A stretch of 64,000 nt of DNA from an uncultured delta proteobacterium (GTDB taxonomy: Bacteria > Desulfobacterota > Binatia > UBA9968), in NCBI GenBank assembly GCA_963745835.1, contig CAVUZH010000019.1:352001-416000 (forward strand), read 5' to 3'. A program made the translations under genes and the position numbers. Under the pieces are notes generated by a model that was not told where the DNA came from, ran no database searches, and worked only from the letters and a program-made list of their open reading frames with translations. Numbering within the stretch: the first letter of the stretch is position 1; every line of letters starts with the position of its first letter. This document shows, piece after piece, positions 45,082-55,691 of this stretch.

Positions 45082-46091
45082 AGGTCCTAAGGAGCAAGCG
45101 GTCATTCGTCAGCCGAAGCGTGATCGGGCCGGCTCTTGCCGTCCTACTCTTTGCGATGTGCTCCTCGATTGAGGCGCAGGAGCCAACAAAAATCCCTCGC
45201 ATAGGATTTCTCATTGCCACGACACCCTCCGCCATTTCGGCGCGCCTGGACGCATTCCGACACGGTCTGCGTGAGCTTGGCTATGTCGAGGGAAAAGGAA
45301 TCGCAATCGAGTACCGATGGGCGGAGGGGAAAGTCAATCGGATGCCGGAGCTTGCGGCCGAACTAACGCGACTCAAGGTCGACCTCATCTTCTCAACCGG
45401 TCCGCGATCGACCCATGCCGCAAAGAAAGCAACTTCTACAATTCCCATCGTCATGGGGTTTGACAATGACCCGGTTGGCAATGGATTCATCGCCAGCCTG
45501 GCGCGGCCTGGTGGTAACATCACTGGTTTGTCGATCCTTGCCCCTGAAATTAGTGGAAAGCAATTGGAGCTTTTGAAGGAAATCCTTCCGGGACTTTCTC
45601 GCGTGGTGGTTTTAGGGACTTCAACGCAGCCCGGCAACACGCAAGCATTAAAGGAGGTGGAAGTCGCCGCAGGCACGCTCGGAGTGAAGCTTCGCTTCAT
45701 CGACATATTAGATCCAAAGGATATTGGAACCGCATTGGCAACGGCGGGCAAGGAGCGCGCTAACGCAGTCCTCGTGCTCAACAGCCCGGTCTTTAATTCT
45801 CAACGAACATACATTGCAGACCTCGCAGTAAAGAACCGGCTACCGACGACATACTGGGCGACAGAATTTGCCGAGGCCGGCGGTCTCATGACCTACAGCG
45901 TGAGCTTTACCGATTTATTCCGGCGCTCCGCAACGTACGTTGACAAAATTCTCAAAGGCGCGAAGCCCGCCGACTTGCCAGTCGAACAACCAACCAAATT
46001 TGAGCTGATCATCAATTTGAAAACTGCCAAGCAGATCGGATTAACAATACCTCCGAACGTGTTGGCGAGAGCGGATCGAGTCATTCGATGA
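45078..46091 (+). CDS. SBP paralog 15
   Basis: Family motifs; GTGA overlap. Confidence 0.93.
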   Translation: MKVLRSKRSFVSRSVIGPALAVLLFAMCSSIEAQEPTKIPRIGFLIATTPSAISARLDAFRHGLRELGYVEGKGIAIEYRWAEGKVNRMPELAAELTRLKVDLIFSTGPRSTHAAKKATSTIPIVMGFDNDPVGNGFIASLARPGGNITGLSILAPEISGKQLELLKEILPGLSRVVVLGTSTQPGNTQALKEVEVAAGTLGVKLRFIDILDPKDIGTALATAGKERANAVLVLNSPVFNSQRTYIADLAVKNRLPTTYWATEFAEAGGLMTYSVSFTDLFRRSATYVDKILKGAKPADLPVEQPTKFELIINLKTAKQIGLTIPPNVLARADRVIR

Positions 46092-46181
46092 CCGAACAAT
46101 CCGAAATCCAAAATCTCAAATCTAAAATCGTACGGCGATCCCGCAGAAGTGCTGGCGCGAGCGGATAGAGTGATCAGGTGA
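46092..46181 (+). repeat. empty mini-unit: AAAATC repeat plus orphan tail
   Basis: CCGAACAATCCGAAATCCAAAATCTCAAATCTAAAATC, then IPQKVLARADRVIR*. Confidence 0.9.
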
Positions 46182-46198
46182 CAGCAAGCACTGCAGCG

Positions 46199-46890
46199 AT
46201 GGAGATAAGAAGAAAGCAACTGCGGGGTCTCGTTATATTTTTGCTCTTGCTCCCGGGTTGCAGCCAGGCTGCCGGGCCGGCAACATTGTTTCCTTACCGC
46301 GCTCGACGGTTGGAACAAAATACCGTCCATTGTTGTCTTAGGGCAGGAAGGAGACTCGAGAAATCAGTTGGTGAGCTGACGCGGTCGATTTCTGGAATCA
46401 ACAGCTCACCGAGATCGGCAGTGGATTTAGATTGGGGCCGGTTAAGTTTGTAAGCGAAATCCTGCCAGCCACCGAACTTGCGGCGTTGAGTCAGGCTATG
46501 CTCGATGGGCAAAGGGCACTGGTCGGTCCGCCATCAGGTTTTATGCAGATGAAGGGAGATTTGATCATAGCGTTGTCTGACGGGGCTTTTGTTTCCTTCG
46601 CAATGTCTTTCCAAAACACCGACAAACGTCTCATCGCTATCCGTAGCTTTCATACCGCGCCGTTCCGGTTCACCAATGTCGGTCGCAACCTCATGGCCCA
46701 CGAGTTGGGCCATGCGATAGGACTCGGGCACAACGACGACCGGAGTAAGCTCATGTGCGGTAGACCCGCGCCTTGTCGGCCGGACGCCTTTCGTTCCGAC
46801 GCGGAGCGGTTTTTTCCTCTGATGGAAGAAGAAAAACAATCTCTACTAAAGCTTTATCCGCCGACGTGGAAGGACGTGCACACAGATTAG
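46199..46890 (+). pseudogene. metzincin (matrixin-like) zinc metalloprotease, disrupted
   Basis: HELGHAIGLGH plus LMC Met-turn; signal-like N-terminus in another frame. Confidence 0.75.
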
Positions 46891-46904
46891 AGTGGCAACG
46901 AAGA

Positions 46905-47202
46905 ACAGACTGCCGCAGAGATTTTGTTGTCAGCGGTGGTTTGATGTTCTACGGTGCCGATCGTTTGAACCGTTGAGGCGGGTCGCCGCTTGGTAGACAA
47001 AATGTTGAAGGGCTGTCCCGTGCGACAACTACAAGCGTGTTGCATATTACGTCGACAAGATCGTCAAAGGCGCCAAATCGTCTGAACTGCCCGTGGAACA
47101 GCCGACGAAATTCGAGCTGGTGATCAATCTCAAGACGGCGAAGCAACGGGCTCACGATTCCGCCGAATGTGCTGGCGCGGGCGACAGAGTGATGCGAAGT
47201 AA
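46905..47202 (+). pseudogene. SBP 3' fragment
   Basis: DFVVSGGLMFYG...[39 protein letters not shown]. Confidence 0.85.
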
Positions 47203-47243
47203 CATTTTGAATTTTCGAATTGCGGATTTTGGATTAAGCCGGG

Positions 47244-48299
47244 ATGAAGAAACCGATGAACGCTTTGCGGGATCGGAAGTGTCTTTCCGACAATCGGAAA
47301 TCGGCAATCCAAAATCTAAAATTGCTGGAGTTTCTTACAATCCTTGCATTGCTTGTCGGGTGGGCAGGAACGGCTCAAGCGCAGCAGCCGGGAAAAGCCC
47401 CGCGCATAGGATTTCTCATTACTTCCTCACCTGCAGCAATTGCGCCACGCATGGATGCATTCCTGCAGGGTCTGCGTGAACTCGGCTACGTGGAGGGGAA
47501 AAACATTGTCATTGAGCGGCGACATGCAGAGGGAAAATTTGATCGGCTACCCGCGCTCGCGGCTGAACTAGTGCATCTTAAGGTAGACGTCATCGTCAGC
47601 AGCTGGTCCAACAGCAACGCGTCCGGCTAAAGAGAGCAACTTCTACAATTCCGATTGTCATGACGTTCGATGATGACCCGGTCGGTAGCGGCTTCGTCGC
47701 CAGTCTGGCGCGACCCGGAGGGAACATCACCGGATTGTCGACCCTTTCCCCGGAGATAAGCGGAAAACAATTGGAGCTTCTGAAAGAGATTGTTCCAGGC
47801 TCAGCCGAGTGGCTGTCATCGGGACTTCAACCAGACAGGGCACCGCACAAGCTTTAAAGGAAATGGAAGTCGCCGCAGGCGGCGTTCGGAGTGAAGCTTC
47901 AATACCTGGATATACAGATCCCAAGGATATTGAGAGCTGTATTCCGAGCGGCGAGCAAGGAGCGCGCTGACGCAGTCCTCGTGCTGCAGAGTCCCGGTTT
48001 TTAATTCTCAGCGAGCACAGATTGCAGACCTCGCGGTAAAGAACCGGCTCCGGCGATATACCCGAGGCGACAGAATTTGTCGAGGACGGCGGACTAATGA
48101 GCTACGGCGTGAACTTCAGCGACTTGGACCGGCGCGCCGCTACGTATGTGGATAAAATTCTGAAAGGCGCGAAGCCCGCCGATCTGCCAGTCGAGCAGCC
48201 GACGAAGTTCGAGCTGGTGATCAATCTGAAAACGCCAAGCAGATCGGATTAACGATTCCGCCGAACGTGTTGGCTAGAGCAGATCGAGTCATTCGCTGA
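47244..48299 (+). pseudogene. SBP paralog 16, multiple frameshifts
   Basis: Family motifs in several frames; similar to 45078-46091. Confidence 0.85.
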
Positions 48300-48388
48300 C
48301 CGAACAATCCGAAATCCAAAATCGCAAATCCAAAATGGATGAGATTCCGCCGCACGTGCTAGCGGGAGCGGACAGGGTGATTCGGTAG
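48300..48388 (+). repeat. empty mini-unit: AAAATC repeat plus orphan tail
   Basis: CCGAACAATCCGAAATCCAAAATCGCAAATCCAAAAT, then IPPHVLAGADRVIR*. Confidence 0.9.
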
Positions 48389-48392
48389 AGAA

Positions 48393-49382
48393 ATGATAAG
48401 GGGCAACAAAATACTCAAGTTTCTTCCCTTTGTTCTGCTTGTCGCGCTTTCCTCGTATGCGGACGCTCAGCAGTCAACGAAAACATCGCGACGGATAGGT
48501 TACCTAGGCGGTGGATCGGTCGAACTCGAAAAAGTCTGGCTAGATGCTTTTTTACAAGGACTGCAGGAATTAGGGTATTTCGAAGGCAAGAACATCATCG
48601 TCGAGCGACGCTACGCGGATGGACGGTACGAACAACTGCCGGCCCTCGCGGCGGAACTCATCCGTCTTAAAATAGACGTCATCCTTGCCGCAAGCACGCC
48701 GGTAGCGGATAGCGTCAAGAAGACGACTAACTCAATTCCCATCGTAATGGTCGTCGCAGATCCGATCGGTACGGGGCTCGTTGCCAGTCTAGCGCGGCCG
48801 GGAGGGAATATAACCGGCCTCTCGGATTTTCACGCGAATTTAGTGACGAAGCGTTTGGAATTGCTCAAAGAGGTTGTCACGTCATTGTCTCGCGTCGCTG
48901 TTCTCTCGAATCCGGCGAGCCCCACATGCTCGACACAATTGAAAGACCTCAACACAGCCGGACCGGCGCTGGGCCTTACGCTCGTTGCCATAGAGGCGAC
49001 AAATCCGGAAGATCTCCCTAACAGTTTTTCTAGAATAAAAAAGGAACGGGTCGGAGCGGTCTTTGTTTGTGGCGACCGGATGTTCAACACTCACCGAAGG
49101 CAAATTTTCGAGCTCGTGAACAAAAATCAGTTGCCGGCAATTTATTCAACTAAGGAATATGCGGATAGCGGCGGCCTGATGTCTTATGGTGCGAACTTTC
49201 CTGAGTTGTATCGCCGTGCCGCGACATACGTGGACAAGATTCTAAAAGGCGCCAAGCCCGCCGAGCTTCCCGTGGAGCAACCGACGAAGTTCGAGTTGGT
49301 GATCAATCTTAATACGGCCAAGCAGATCGGGTTAACAATACCTCCCAACGTGCTGGCCCGGGCGGATAAAGTAATCAAATAG
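48393..49382 (+). CDS. SBP paralog 17
   Basis: Family motifs; intact ORF. Confidence 0.93.
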   Translation: MIRGNKILKFLPFVLLVALSSYADAQQSTKTSRRIGYLGGGSVELEKVWLDAFLQGLQELGYFEGKNIIVERRYADGRYEQLPALAAELIRLKIDVILAASTPVADSVKKTTNSIPIVMVVADPIGTGLVASLARPGGNITGLSDFHANLVTKRLELLKEVVTSLSRVAVLSNPASPTCSTQLKDLNTAGPALGLTLVAIEATNPEDLPNSFSRIKKERVGAVFVCGDRMFNTHRRQIFELVNKNQLPAIYSTKEYADSGGLMSYGANFPELYRRAATYVDKILKGAKPAELPVEQPTKFELVINLNTAKQIGLTIPPNVLARADKVIK

Positions 49383-49426
49383 CATTTTCGATTTTAGATT
49401 TTGGATTGAATGCCGGAGACAAACCC

Positions 49427-50458
49427 ATGAAAGCACTTCCTTCGAAGTCCTCTTCGCAAATTTCAAAATCCAAAATCGAAAATCCAAAATGCCGGGTGCT
49501 TTCGCTCAGTGCTTTGGCGCTCGTGGCGGTTAGCACTTTGGTCTCGGCGCAGCAGCCGAAAAAGATGCCGCGGGTCGGCTACCTGAGCGCGTCCTCGGCT
49601 TCCGAAGCATTGGTGCGCACAAACGCCTTCCGTCAGGGGCTCCGCGACCTCGGCTATGTTGAAGGAAAGAACCTTATTGTCGAGTTGCGCTACGCCGACG
49701 GAAAATTCGACCGGCTTCCCACGCTTGCTGCCGAGCTCGTGCGGCTCCCGGTAGACGTCATCGTCAGCGCGGGTCCTTCCGTGACCAGCCCTGCCAAGAA
49801 AGCGACTACCGATATCCCGATCGTCATGACGAACGACAGCGATCCCGTCGGCAGCGGGTTCGTTACCAGCCTCGCGCGCCCCGGCCGAAACGTAACCGGC
49901 CTCTCCAACCTCGCTCGGGAGTTAAGCGGTAAGCGAGTCGAGATTTTAAAAGAGCTCCTTCCCCAGCTAACTCGCGTAGCTATTCTCGGGGCCATCGCCA
50001 TTCCCGGAAACACACAAGCAACCAAGGAGACCGAAGAAGCCGCAGCAGGTTTGCAGCTGCAGACAGAGTATTTTGACCTACGCGACTCAAAGGATATCGA
50101 CCTTGCATTCCGCGCAGCGAGCAAATGGCGCGCCGACGCAGCCGTGGTGCTGAACGGTCCACCCCATATTCAACGACTCATTCCCGCCGCTGCAGCGAAG
50201 ATTCGGCTGCCCGCCATCTATTCCAATTTGTCCATGATGGAAGACTCCGGCCTGATGAGCTACGGCACGAACCTCACCGACCTCGACCGCCGCGCCGCCG
50301 CATACGTCGACAAAATCCTCAAAGGCGCCAAGCCCGGCGATCTGCCAGTCGAACAACCAACCAAGTTCGAGCTGGTGATCAATCTCAAAGCAGCGAAGCA
50401 AATCGGTCTCACCATTCCGCCGCACGTGCTGGCCCGGGCCGATAGGGTGATCAAGTGA
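49427..50458 (+). CDS. SBP paralog 18
   Basis: Family motifs; GGAG RBS; repeat-derived SKSKIENPK leader. Confidence 0.93.
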   Translation: MKALPSKSSSQISKSKIENPKCRVLSLSALALVAVSTLVSAQQPKKMPRVGYLSASSASEALVRTNAFRQGLRDLGYVEGKNLIVELRYADGKFDRLPTLAAELVRLPVDVIVSAGPSVTSPAKKATTDIPIVMTNDSDPVGSGFVTSLARPGRNVTGLSNLARELSGKRVEILKELLPQLTRVAILGAIAIPGNTQATKETEEAAAGLQLQTEYFDLRDSKDIDLAFRAASKWRADAAVVLNGPPHIQRLIPAAAAKIRLPAIYSNLSMMEDSGLMSYGTNLTDLDRRAAAYVDKILKGAKPGDLPVEQPTKFELVINLKAAKQIGLTIPPHVLARADRVIK

Positions 50459-51444
50459 GAATGGCGGAACCAGTCATCCGAGTGGGTGTCGCTATGCTGC
50501 TCCTAGCTACCATTGCGATTAGCGAGGCGCAGCAGAGATCTGGAAAGATCGCTCATATCGGTTTTCTCGGGATCGATCGGTCTGCGTCCACCGTGACCCG
50601 AGAGAAAGCCTTCCTTCAAGGACTTCGCGAACTCGGTTGGATCGAAGGGCAGAACCTTATAATCGAGCGCAAGTATTGGGAGAATCGATCCGAGCGACTA
50701 CCGGCCCTCGCTGATGAATTAGTTCGTCAAAAATTAAATATAATAGTGACGACTAGCGGAACGGCGGCGTGGGCCGTGAAGAAGGTCACAAATATCATCC
50801 CTATCGTTATGGTTACGTCAGCGGACGCGGTAACTCAGGGGCTGGTCGCCAGCCTAGCGCGGCCGGGCGGGAACGTCACCGGGTTAACCAATATCTCTAC
50901 GGATGTGATCGGGAAGCAACTCGAAGTCCTCAAAGAAGCTTTCCCGAAAGTCTCACGGGTGGCTGTTCTGTACTGTCCTGCATCAGGAGGACTGATAGCC
51001 GAAAACCGATGGAGTGAAATAGAAGCCGCAGCCCGAACCCTAAAACTTCGCCTCCAGCCCATAGAGGTAAGCGGCCCCGGAGAGATCGATCCTGCACTTC
51101 GAGCGGCGACTTCCGAAGGTGCTGATGCTATTTTCGTACACGACTGCTCGGTGATCCCAACGAAGGCTGTAGACCTAATAGCCAAGACCAGACTACCGGC
51201 AATATATCCTACCAGCCGATTTGCGGAAGCAGGTGCTCTGATGGTCTACGGACCCAGTGGGACGGAATTAGCACGGAGAGCTGCGTACTTTGTGGATAAA
51301 ATTCTCAAAGGCGCCAAACCTGCCGAGCTTCCGGTGGAGCAGCCGACGAAGTTCGAGTTGGTCATTAATCTGAAAACGGCCAAGCAAATCGGTGTGACGA
51401 TCCCACCGAATGTATTGGCGCGAGCGGATAAGGTGATTAGATAA
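50455..51444 (+). CDS. SBP paralog 19
   Basis: Family motifs; GTGA overlap. Confidence 0.93.
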   Translation: MRMAEPVIRVGVAMLLLATIAISEAQQRSGKIAHIGFLGIDRSASTVTREKAFLQGLRELGWIEGQNLIIERKYWENRSERLPALADELVRQKLNIIVTTSGTAAWAVKKVTNIIPIVMVTSADAVTQGLVASLARPGGNVTGLTNISTDVIGKQLEVLKEAFPKVSRVAVLYCPASGGLIAENRWSEIEAAARTLKLRLQPIEVSGPGEIDPALRAATSEGADAIFVHDCSVIPTKAVDLIAKTRLPAIYPTSRFAEAGALMVYGPSGTELARRAAYFVDKILKGAKPAELPVEQPTKFELVINLKTAKQIGVTIPPNVLARADKVIR

Positions 51445-51524
51445 CTCTGAGCACGAGCTAACAACTACAGAATCCTCTTACCTCGTGCATTGACTTAGTT
51501 CACTTGCTAGTTTAAAAAAGAACT

Positions 51525-51770
51525 ATGATCAAGCTCAACGTTCATGAAGCCAAAACTCATCTCTCACGTTATTTAGAAAGACTCGCGCGGGGAGAAACGA
51601 TTCTCCTATGCAAGCGCAACATACCGATTGCGGAAATTCGCCCGCTGCCGCGACAGCGCAATACCAAACGTCCGATCGGCCTGGCGAAAGGGAAGTTCAA
51701 GGTTCCACGTAAGTTTTTTGAACCTCTGCCCGCGGAACTGGTGGACGCATTTGACGGCAAAAAGCCGTGA
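51525..51770 (+). CDS. Phd/YefM-family antitoxin
   Basis: NVHEAKTHLSRYLE...GE.I...RPIG...F.EPLP. Confidence 0.92.
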   Translation: MIKLNVHEAKTHLSRYLERLARGETILLCKRNIPIAEIRPLPRQRNTKRPIGLAKGKFKVPRKFFEPLPAELVDAFDGKKP

Positions 51771-52153
51771 GGATTCTACTAGACACCGTCACATTCTTGT
51801 GGGCCGTGACGGATGCTCCTGAGCTCTCCAACGACGCGCGGGAGTTGTTCGAAGATCCCGACAATGAGATCTATCTGAGTTCGGTTTCTACTTGGGAGAT
51901 CGCCGTTAAGTATTCTCTCGGCAAGCTGCCGCTTCCCGAGACGCCGGCAAAATTTGTCCCAATACAGCGAAAGCAGCACGACATCGATTCCCTTCCACTG
52001 GATGAAGAAGCGACTCTGTATCTGACACGGCTTCCGCTTCTTCATAGAGATCCGTTTGACCGGATGATCGTGTGCCAGGCAGTTGTGCAGCATCTCGTGA
52101 TACTGACTCCCGATGAGCTGATCAGCCAGTATTCGGTGCGGACGATCTGGTAA
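51767..52153 (+). CDS. vapC: VapC/PIN-domain toxin
   Basis: ILLDT..LW, S.VS.WEIA.K, HRDPFDRM; GTGA overlap with the antitoxin. Confidence 0.93.
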   Translation: MRILLDTVTFLWAVTDAPELSNDARELFEDPDNEIYLSSVSTWEIAVKYSLGKLPLPETPAKFVPIQRKQHDIDSLPLDEEATLYLTRLPLLHRDPFDRMIVCQAVVQHLVILTPDELISQYSVRTIW

Positions 52154-52182
52154 GAGTGATCACCGCCGCGCAGCGTACTTCG

Positions 52183-52320
52183 TTGACCCCTTTGAGAATC
52201 TTATCCACGAACACCGCTGATCGACGGCACGTATCTACGATGTTCGCGGCATAAGAAAGCACCCCACCAGACTGCGCAAACTGCTGTCCACCAGCGATAG
52301 TCGGCGGACTTACGCCCCTA
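52183..52320 (-). pseudogene. inverted SBP fragment
   Basis: Minus strand reads PTIAGGQQFAQSGGVLSYAANIVDTCRRSAVFVDKILKGV. Confidence 0.85.
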
Positions 52321-52329
52321 ACAATGCGG

Positions 52330-52450
52330 GCCAAAGCGGGGGAGCTTCCGATTCAACTGGCCGACGAAATTTGATTTCGTCGGCAATCTCAAACTGCTAA
52401 GCAGATCGCTCGACTATACCGCCGCACGAGCCGACAGGGTGATCAAGTGA
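52330..52450 (+). pseudogene. SBP tail remnant
   Basis: AKAGELPIQ-PTKFDFVGNLK-AKQI...RADRVIK*. Confidence 0.8.
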
Positions 52451-53434
52451 GATTGAATCAGAGAATCATTCAGTTCGGTCTAGCTGCTATGTTTTGGTCG
52501 CTTAGCTTTTCCGCCGAGGCGCAGCAGCCGAAGAAAGTCCCGCGGATAGGTTATATGTCATTAAGCTCTGGCTTTGGGGCCAGCGATGAAGCGTTTCGAG
52601 AGGGCTTACGACAGCTCGGTTACATTGAGGGACACAACATAGTGGTTGATGGCGCTTTGTAGACGGCAAATCTGAACAATATGATTTTTTCGCCGCTGAG
52701 TTCGTTCGCCTTAAAGTTGATGGCATTGTAACGGCCAGTGGGTGATGAACCGATCATTGCTGCCATGAACGCTACCAAAACAATCCCGATTATCATTCCG
52801 ACTGGCTCTGATCCACTTGTTCGCGGCTTCGTCGCTAGTCTCACGCATCCCAATGGCAACGTCACGGGCGTCAGCTATATGCTCCATGAATTAAAAAGGA
52901 AGCGCCTGGAACTGCTCAAAGAAATAGTACCCAGGCTCTCGCGCGTGGCCGTCCTCGGCAATTCAACTAACGTAGGCAACGCGCAGCAGTTAAAAGAGAC
53001 GGAACGAGCCGCAGGAGTATTCGGGATGCAGCTTCAATCGTTGGACGCAGTAGACGCTAGGGGATGTTGAATCTGCGTTCGCAGCTGCGCGCAAGCTGCG
53101 GGCTGACGCACTGGTTGTACTTCGGGGTCCTCTGCTTAATGTTGAGCGAACAAAGATAATTGAACTCGCAGGAAAGAGTCGGCTGCCGGCTACATACCCT
53201 CAGAGCAGATATGTGGAAGAGGGCGGGCTTATGAGCTACGGGGTGAGCGTTGCCGCATTAGAGCGGCGCGCGGCCACGTATGTAGACAAGATCTTAAAAG
53301 GCGCAAAGCCGGCGGATCTCCCTGTGGAGCAGCCGACCACCTTTGAGCTTTTCATCAACTTGAAGACAGCGAAGCAGATCGGAGTCGCGATACCGGCGAG
53401 CGTGCTGGCGAGGGCTGATCGGGTGATCAAGTGA
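52447..53434 (+). pseudogene. SBP paralog 20, multiple frameshifts
   Basis: Track ORFs 52447, 52738 and 53213 join. Confidence 0.85.
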
Positions 53435-54459
53435 CAACGGCGAGTAAACAGCGAGGAATCAGCAGAACGACTCGACACGGGGTCAGCAAAATCCTGCTGA
53501 TTATCTTCTTTCTGATACCGCCTGCTCTCTTAGCAACTGTGACACAGGCGCAGCAACCCTTACATATGCCACGTATTGGTGCGTTACATTTAGGCACAAC
53601 CAAAGCGGCCGCCGCGCCATTTGAAGCCTTCCAACGCGGAATGAGGGAGCTGGGCTATGTAGAGGGTAAGAATATTACGATCGAGTACCGATATGGTGAC
53701 GGTAACGAGGAGAAGTACGCGTTTGTGGCAAGCGAGCTTGTTGCTCTTAAACCGGCGGTGATCGTCACATGGGGAACCGATGTGGCGGCGGTCGTAAAGA
53801 AAACGACCAGGACCATTCCGATAGTTTTCGCGTTGGCGGATCGGCCCGATATCTTAGGGCTCGTGGATAACCTTGCCCGTCCTTCGGGTAATCTGACCGG
53901 ACTCACGACGCTGAACTTTGAGCTCAGCACGAAACGATTGGAGTTGCTGAAAGAAACGATTCCGTCACTTAGTCGGGTCAGCGTATTGGCGATGTCCCAT
54001 CCGTTGGTCGCGATTACGTTTAAGGAAATTCAGGCAATGGCTCGTTCTTTGGGAATCCAGATTCAGCTAGATGAGATCAAAGGTGCGCCCGACATGGCCC
54101 GTATTTTCAAGCAACTTACCAACGATTCAGCAGGTGCGGTTTTGTTGTTGCCAGGCCGCGAAGTTGTCTTTGGTCCTTCGGCCGTAACAGTTGCCATTCA
54201 ACACCGCCTACCTACTATGGCTAGTCAGACTGTAATCGCTGATGCCGGTGGGCTCATGAGTTATGGGGCTCGCGTTAGCGACATGTCTAAACGTGCCGCA
54301 ACTTATGTCGATAAGATTCTTAAAGGAGCCAAGCCGGCTGATCTGCCGATCGAGCAGCCAACGAATTTTGATTTCGTCATCAATCTGAAAGCCGCCAAGC
54401 AGATCGGTTTGACCATTCCCCCGAACGTCTTAGCCCGAGCGAACAGAGTGATCCGATGA
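53431..54459 (+). CDS. SBP paralog 21
   Basis: Family motifs; GTGA overlap. Confidence 0.93.
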   Translation: MTTASKQRGISRTTRHGVSKILLIIFFLIPPALLATVTQAQQPLHMPRIGALHLGTTKAAAAPFEAFQRGMRELGYVEGKNITIEYRYGDGNEEKYAFVASELVALKPAVIVTWGTDVAAVVKKTTRTIPIVFALADRPDILGLVDNLARPSGNLTGLTTLNFELSTKRLELLKETIPSLSRVSVLAMSHPLVAITFKEIQAMARSLGIQIQLDEIKGAPDMARIFKQLTNDSAGAVLLLPGREVVFGPSAVTVAIQHRLPTMASQTVIADAGGLMSYGARVSDMSKRAATYVDKILKGAKPADLPIEQPTNFDFVINLKAAKQIGLTIPPNVLARANRVIR

Positions 54460-54512
54460 GCGTGCGCAATCCAATCCAAAATCGAGAATCCAAATCGAAT
54501 GATTCCGCCAAA
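54410..54512 (+). repeat. 103-bp junction block, copy 1 (tail + spacer + start of orphan tail)
   Basis: 102/103 identical to 61331-61433 by manual comparison; the orphan tail ends at 54546. Confidence 0.95.
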
Positions 54513-54579
54513 CGTGCTAGCGCGAGCGGACAAGGTCATCCGCTAAAAATTCCGAGTTACACGTTTCTGATTTCGAGGT

Positions 54580-55390
54580 ATGAATCCAAAATATCTCTTG
54601 ATGGGTGCTTTGCTCTTTGCGCTTTATTCAACGGCCCAAGCGCAGCAGTCGGCGAAAACTCCCCGGATAGGATTTCTAAGTACTGGCTCGCCATCCAACG
54701 TACCGGCCCGCCTTCAGGCGTTCCGGTACGGTCTACGTGAACTCGGCTATGTTCACGGCAAGAATATTGTGATCGAGGAACGCTATGCAGACGGCGAAGT
54801 AGATCGGCTTACCGCACTTGCGCAAGAGCTTGTACATCTAGAAGTGGACGTGATTGTTACCTCTGGTCCATCGCCCACCCGTGCTGTCAAGAAAACAACC
54901 GCCGCAATTCCCATTGTTATGACATGGGACTATGACCCTGTTGACAATGGCTTGGTCGCCAGCCTTGCCCGGCCCGGCGGCAACGTTACGGGTATCCACA
55001 CTGGCACCGGAGATTAGTGGAAAGCAACTGGAGCTCTTGAAAGAAATCATCCCCAAGCTCTCGCGCATGGCCGTACTCGGGACCGCAAACGTTCCGGGCA
55101 ATGCAGAAGCGTTGACAGCGACCGAGGTGGCCGCAGAAGCGCTCAAGGTGCAGCTGCAATACTTAGAGACACAAAAGGCAACGATATCGCGACTGTATTC
55201 CAATCCGCGCGTAAGGGCGTGCCGACGCAATGCTCACGCTGGCGAGCCGCGTTCTTTTTTTTCACCGCACTCAGGTGGCAGATCTCGCCGTAAAGAACCG
55301 GCTCCCAGCGATATACGGCGAAAGCGAACATGTCGAAGCTGGCGGGCTTATGACGTATCGCGTGAGCATCGTCGACTTGTTCCGGTGGTA
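54580..55390 (+). pseudogene. SBP paralog 22, frameshifted and 3'-truncated
   Basis: Three track ORFs join; similarity stops after IVDLFR, no tail. Confidence 0.85.
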
Positions 55391-55628
55391 TCGAGAGCCG
55401 CCTCGTCTTTCGTATAAAAGACGGCTCGATTCACGACGAGAGGGTATTCTTCACGCATTGGCAAGGTATTTACACTGCAGAACTACCGTCTGGGAGTTAA
55501 GATTCCCGCTCCTTTTCCGTGTCACTTCGTGGAGTAGTGCAGCACTCGGCGCCGACACGCGCAGCACCCATCAGCAATGAAACTGTTTTAAAAACTACTT
55601 TTTCTACAGGCTCGTTAGGCCGCTCTCC

Positions 55629-55663
55629 AAAAAAGAAGGGGCCGGCAAACCGACCCCTTCTTT
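55629..55663 (-). terminator. rho-independent terminator of the minus-strand cargo gene
   Basis: AAAGAAGGGGTCGG-TTTG-CCGGCCCCTTC followed by T6 on the minus strand. Confidence 0.85.
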
Positions 55664-55691
55664 AATCGACCGAGTTTCAGGCCTCGATGCG

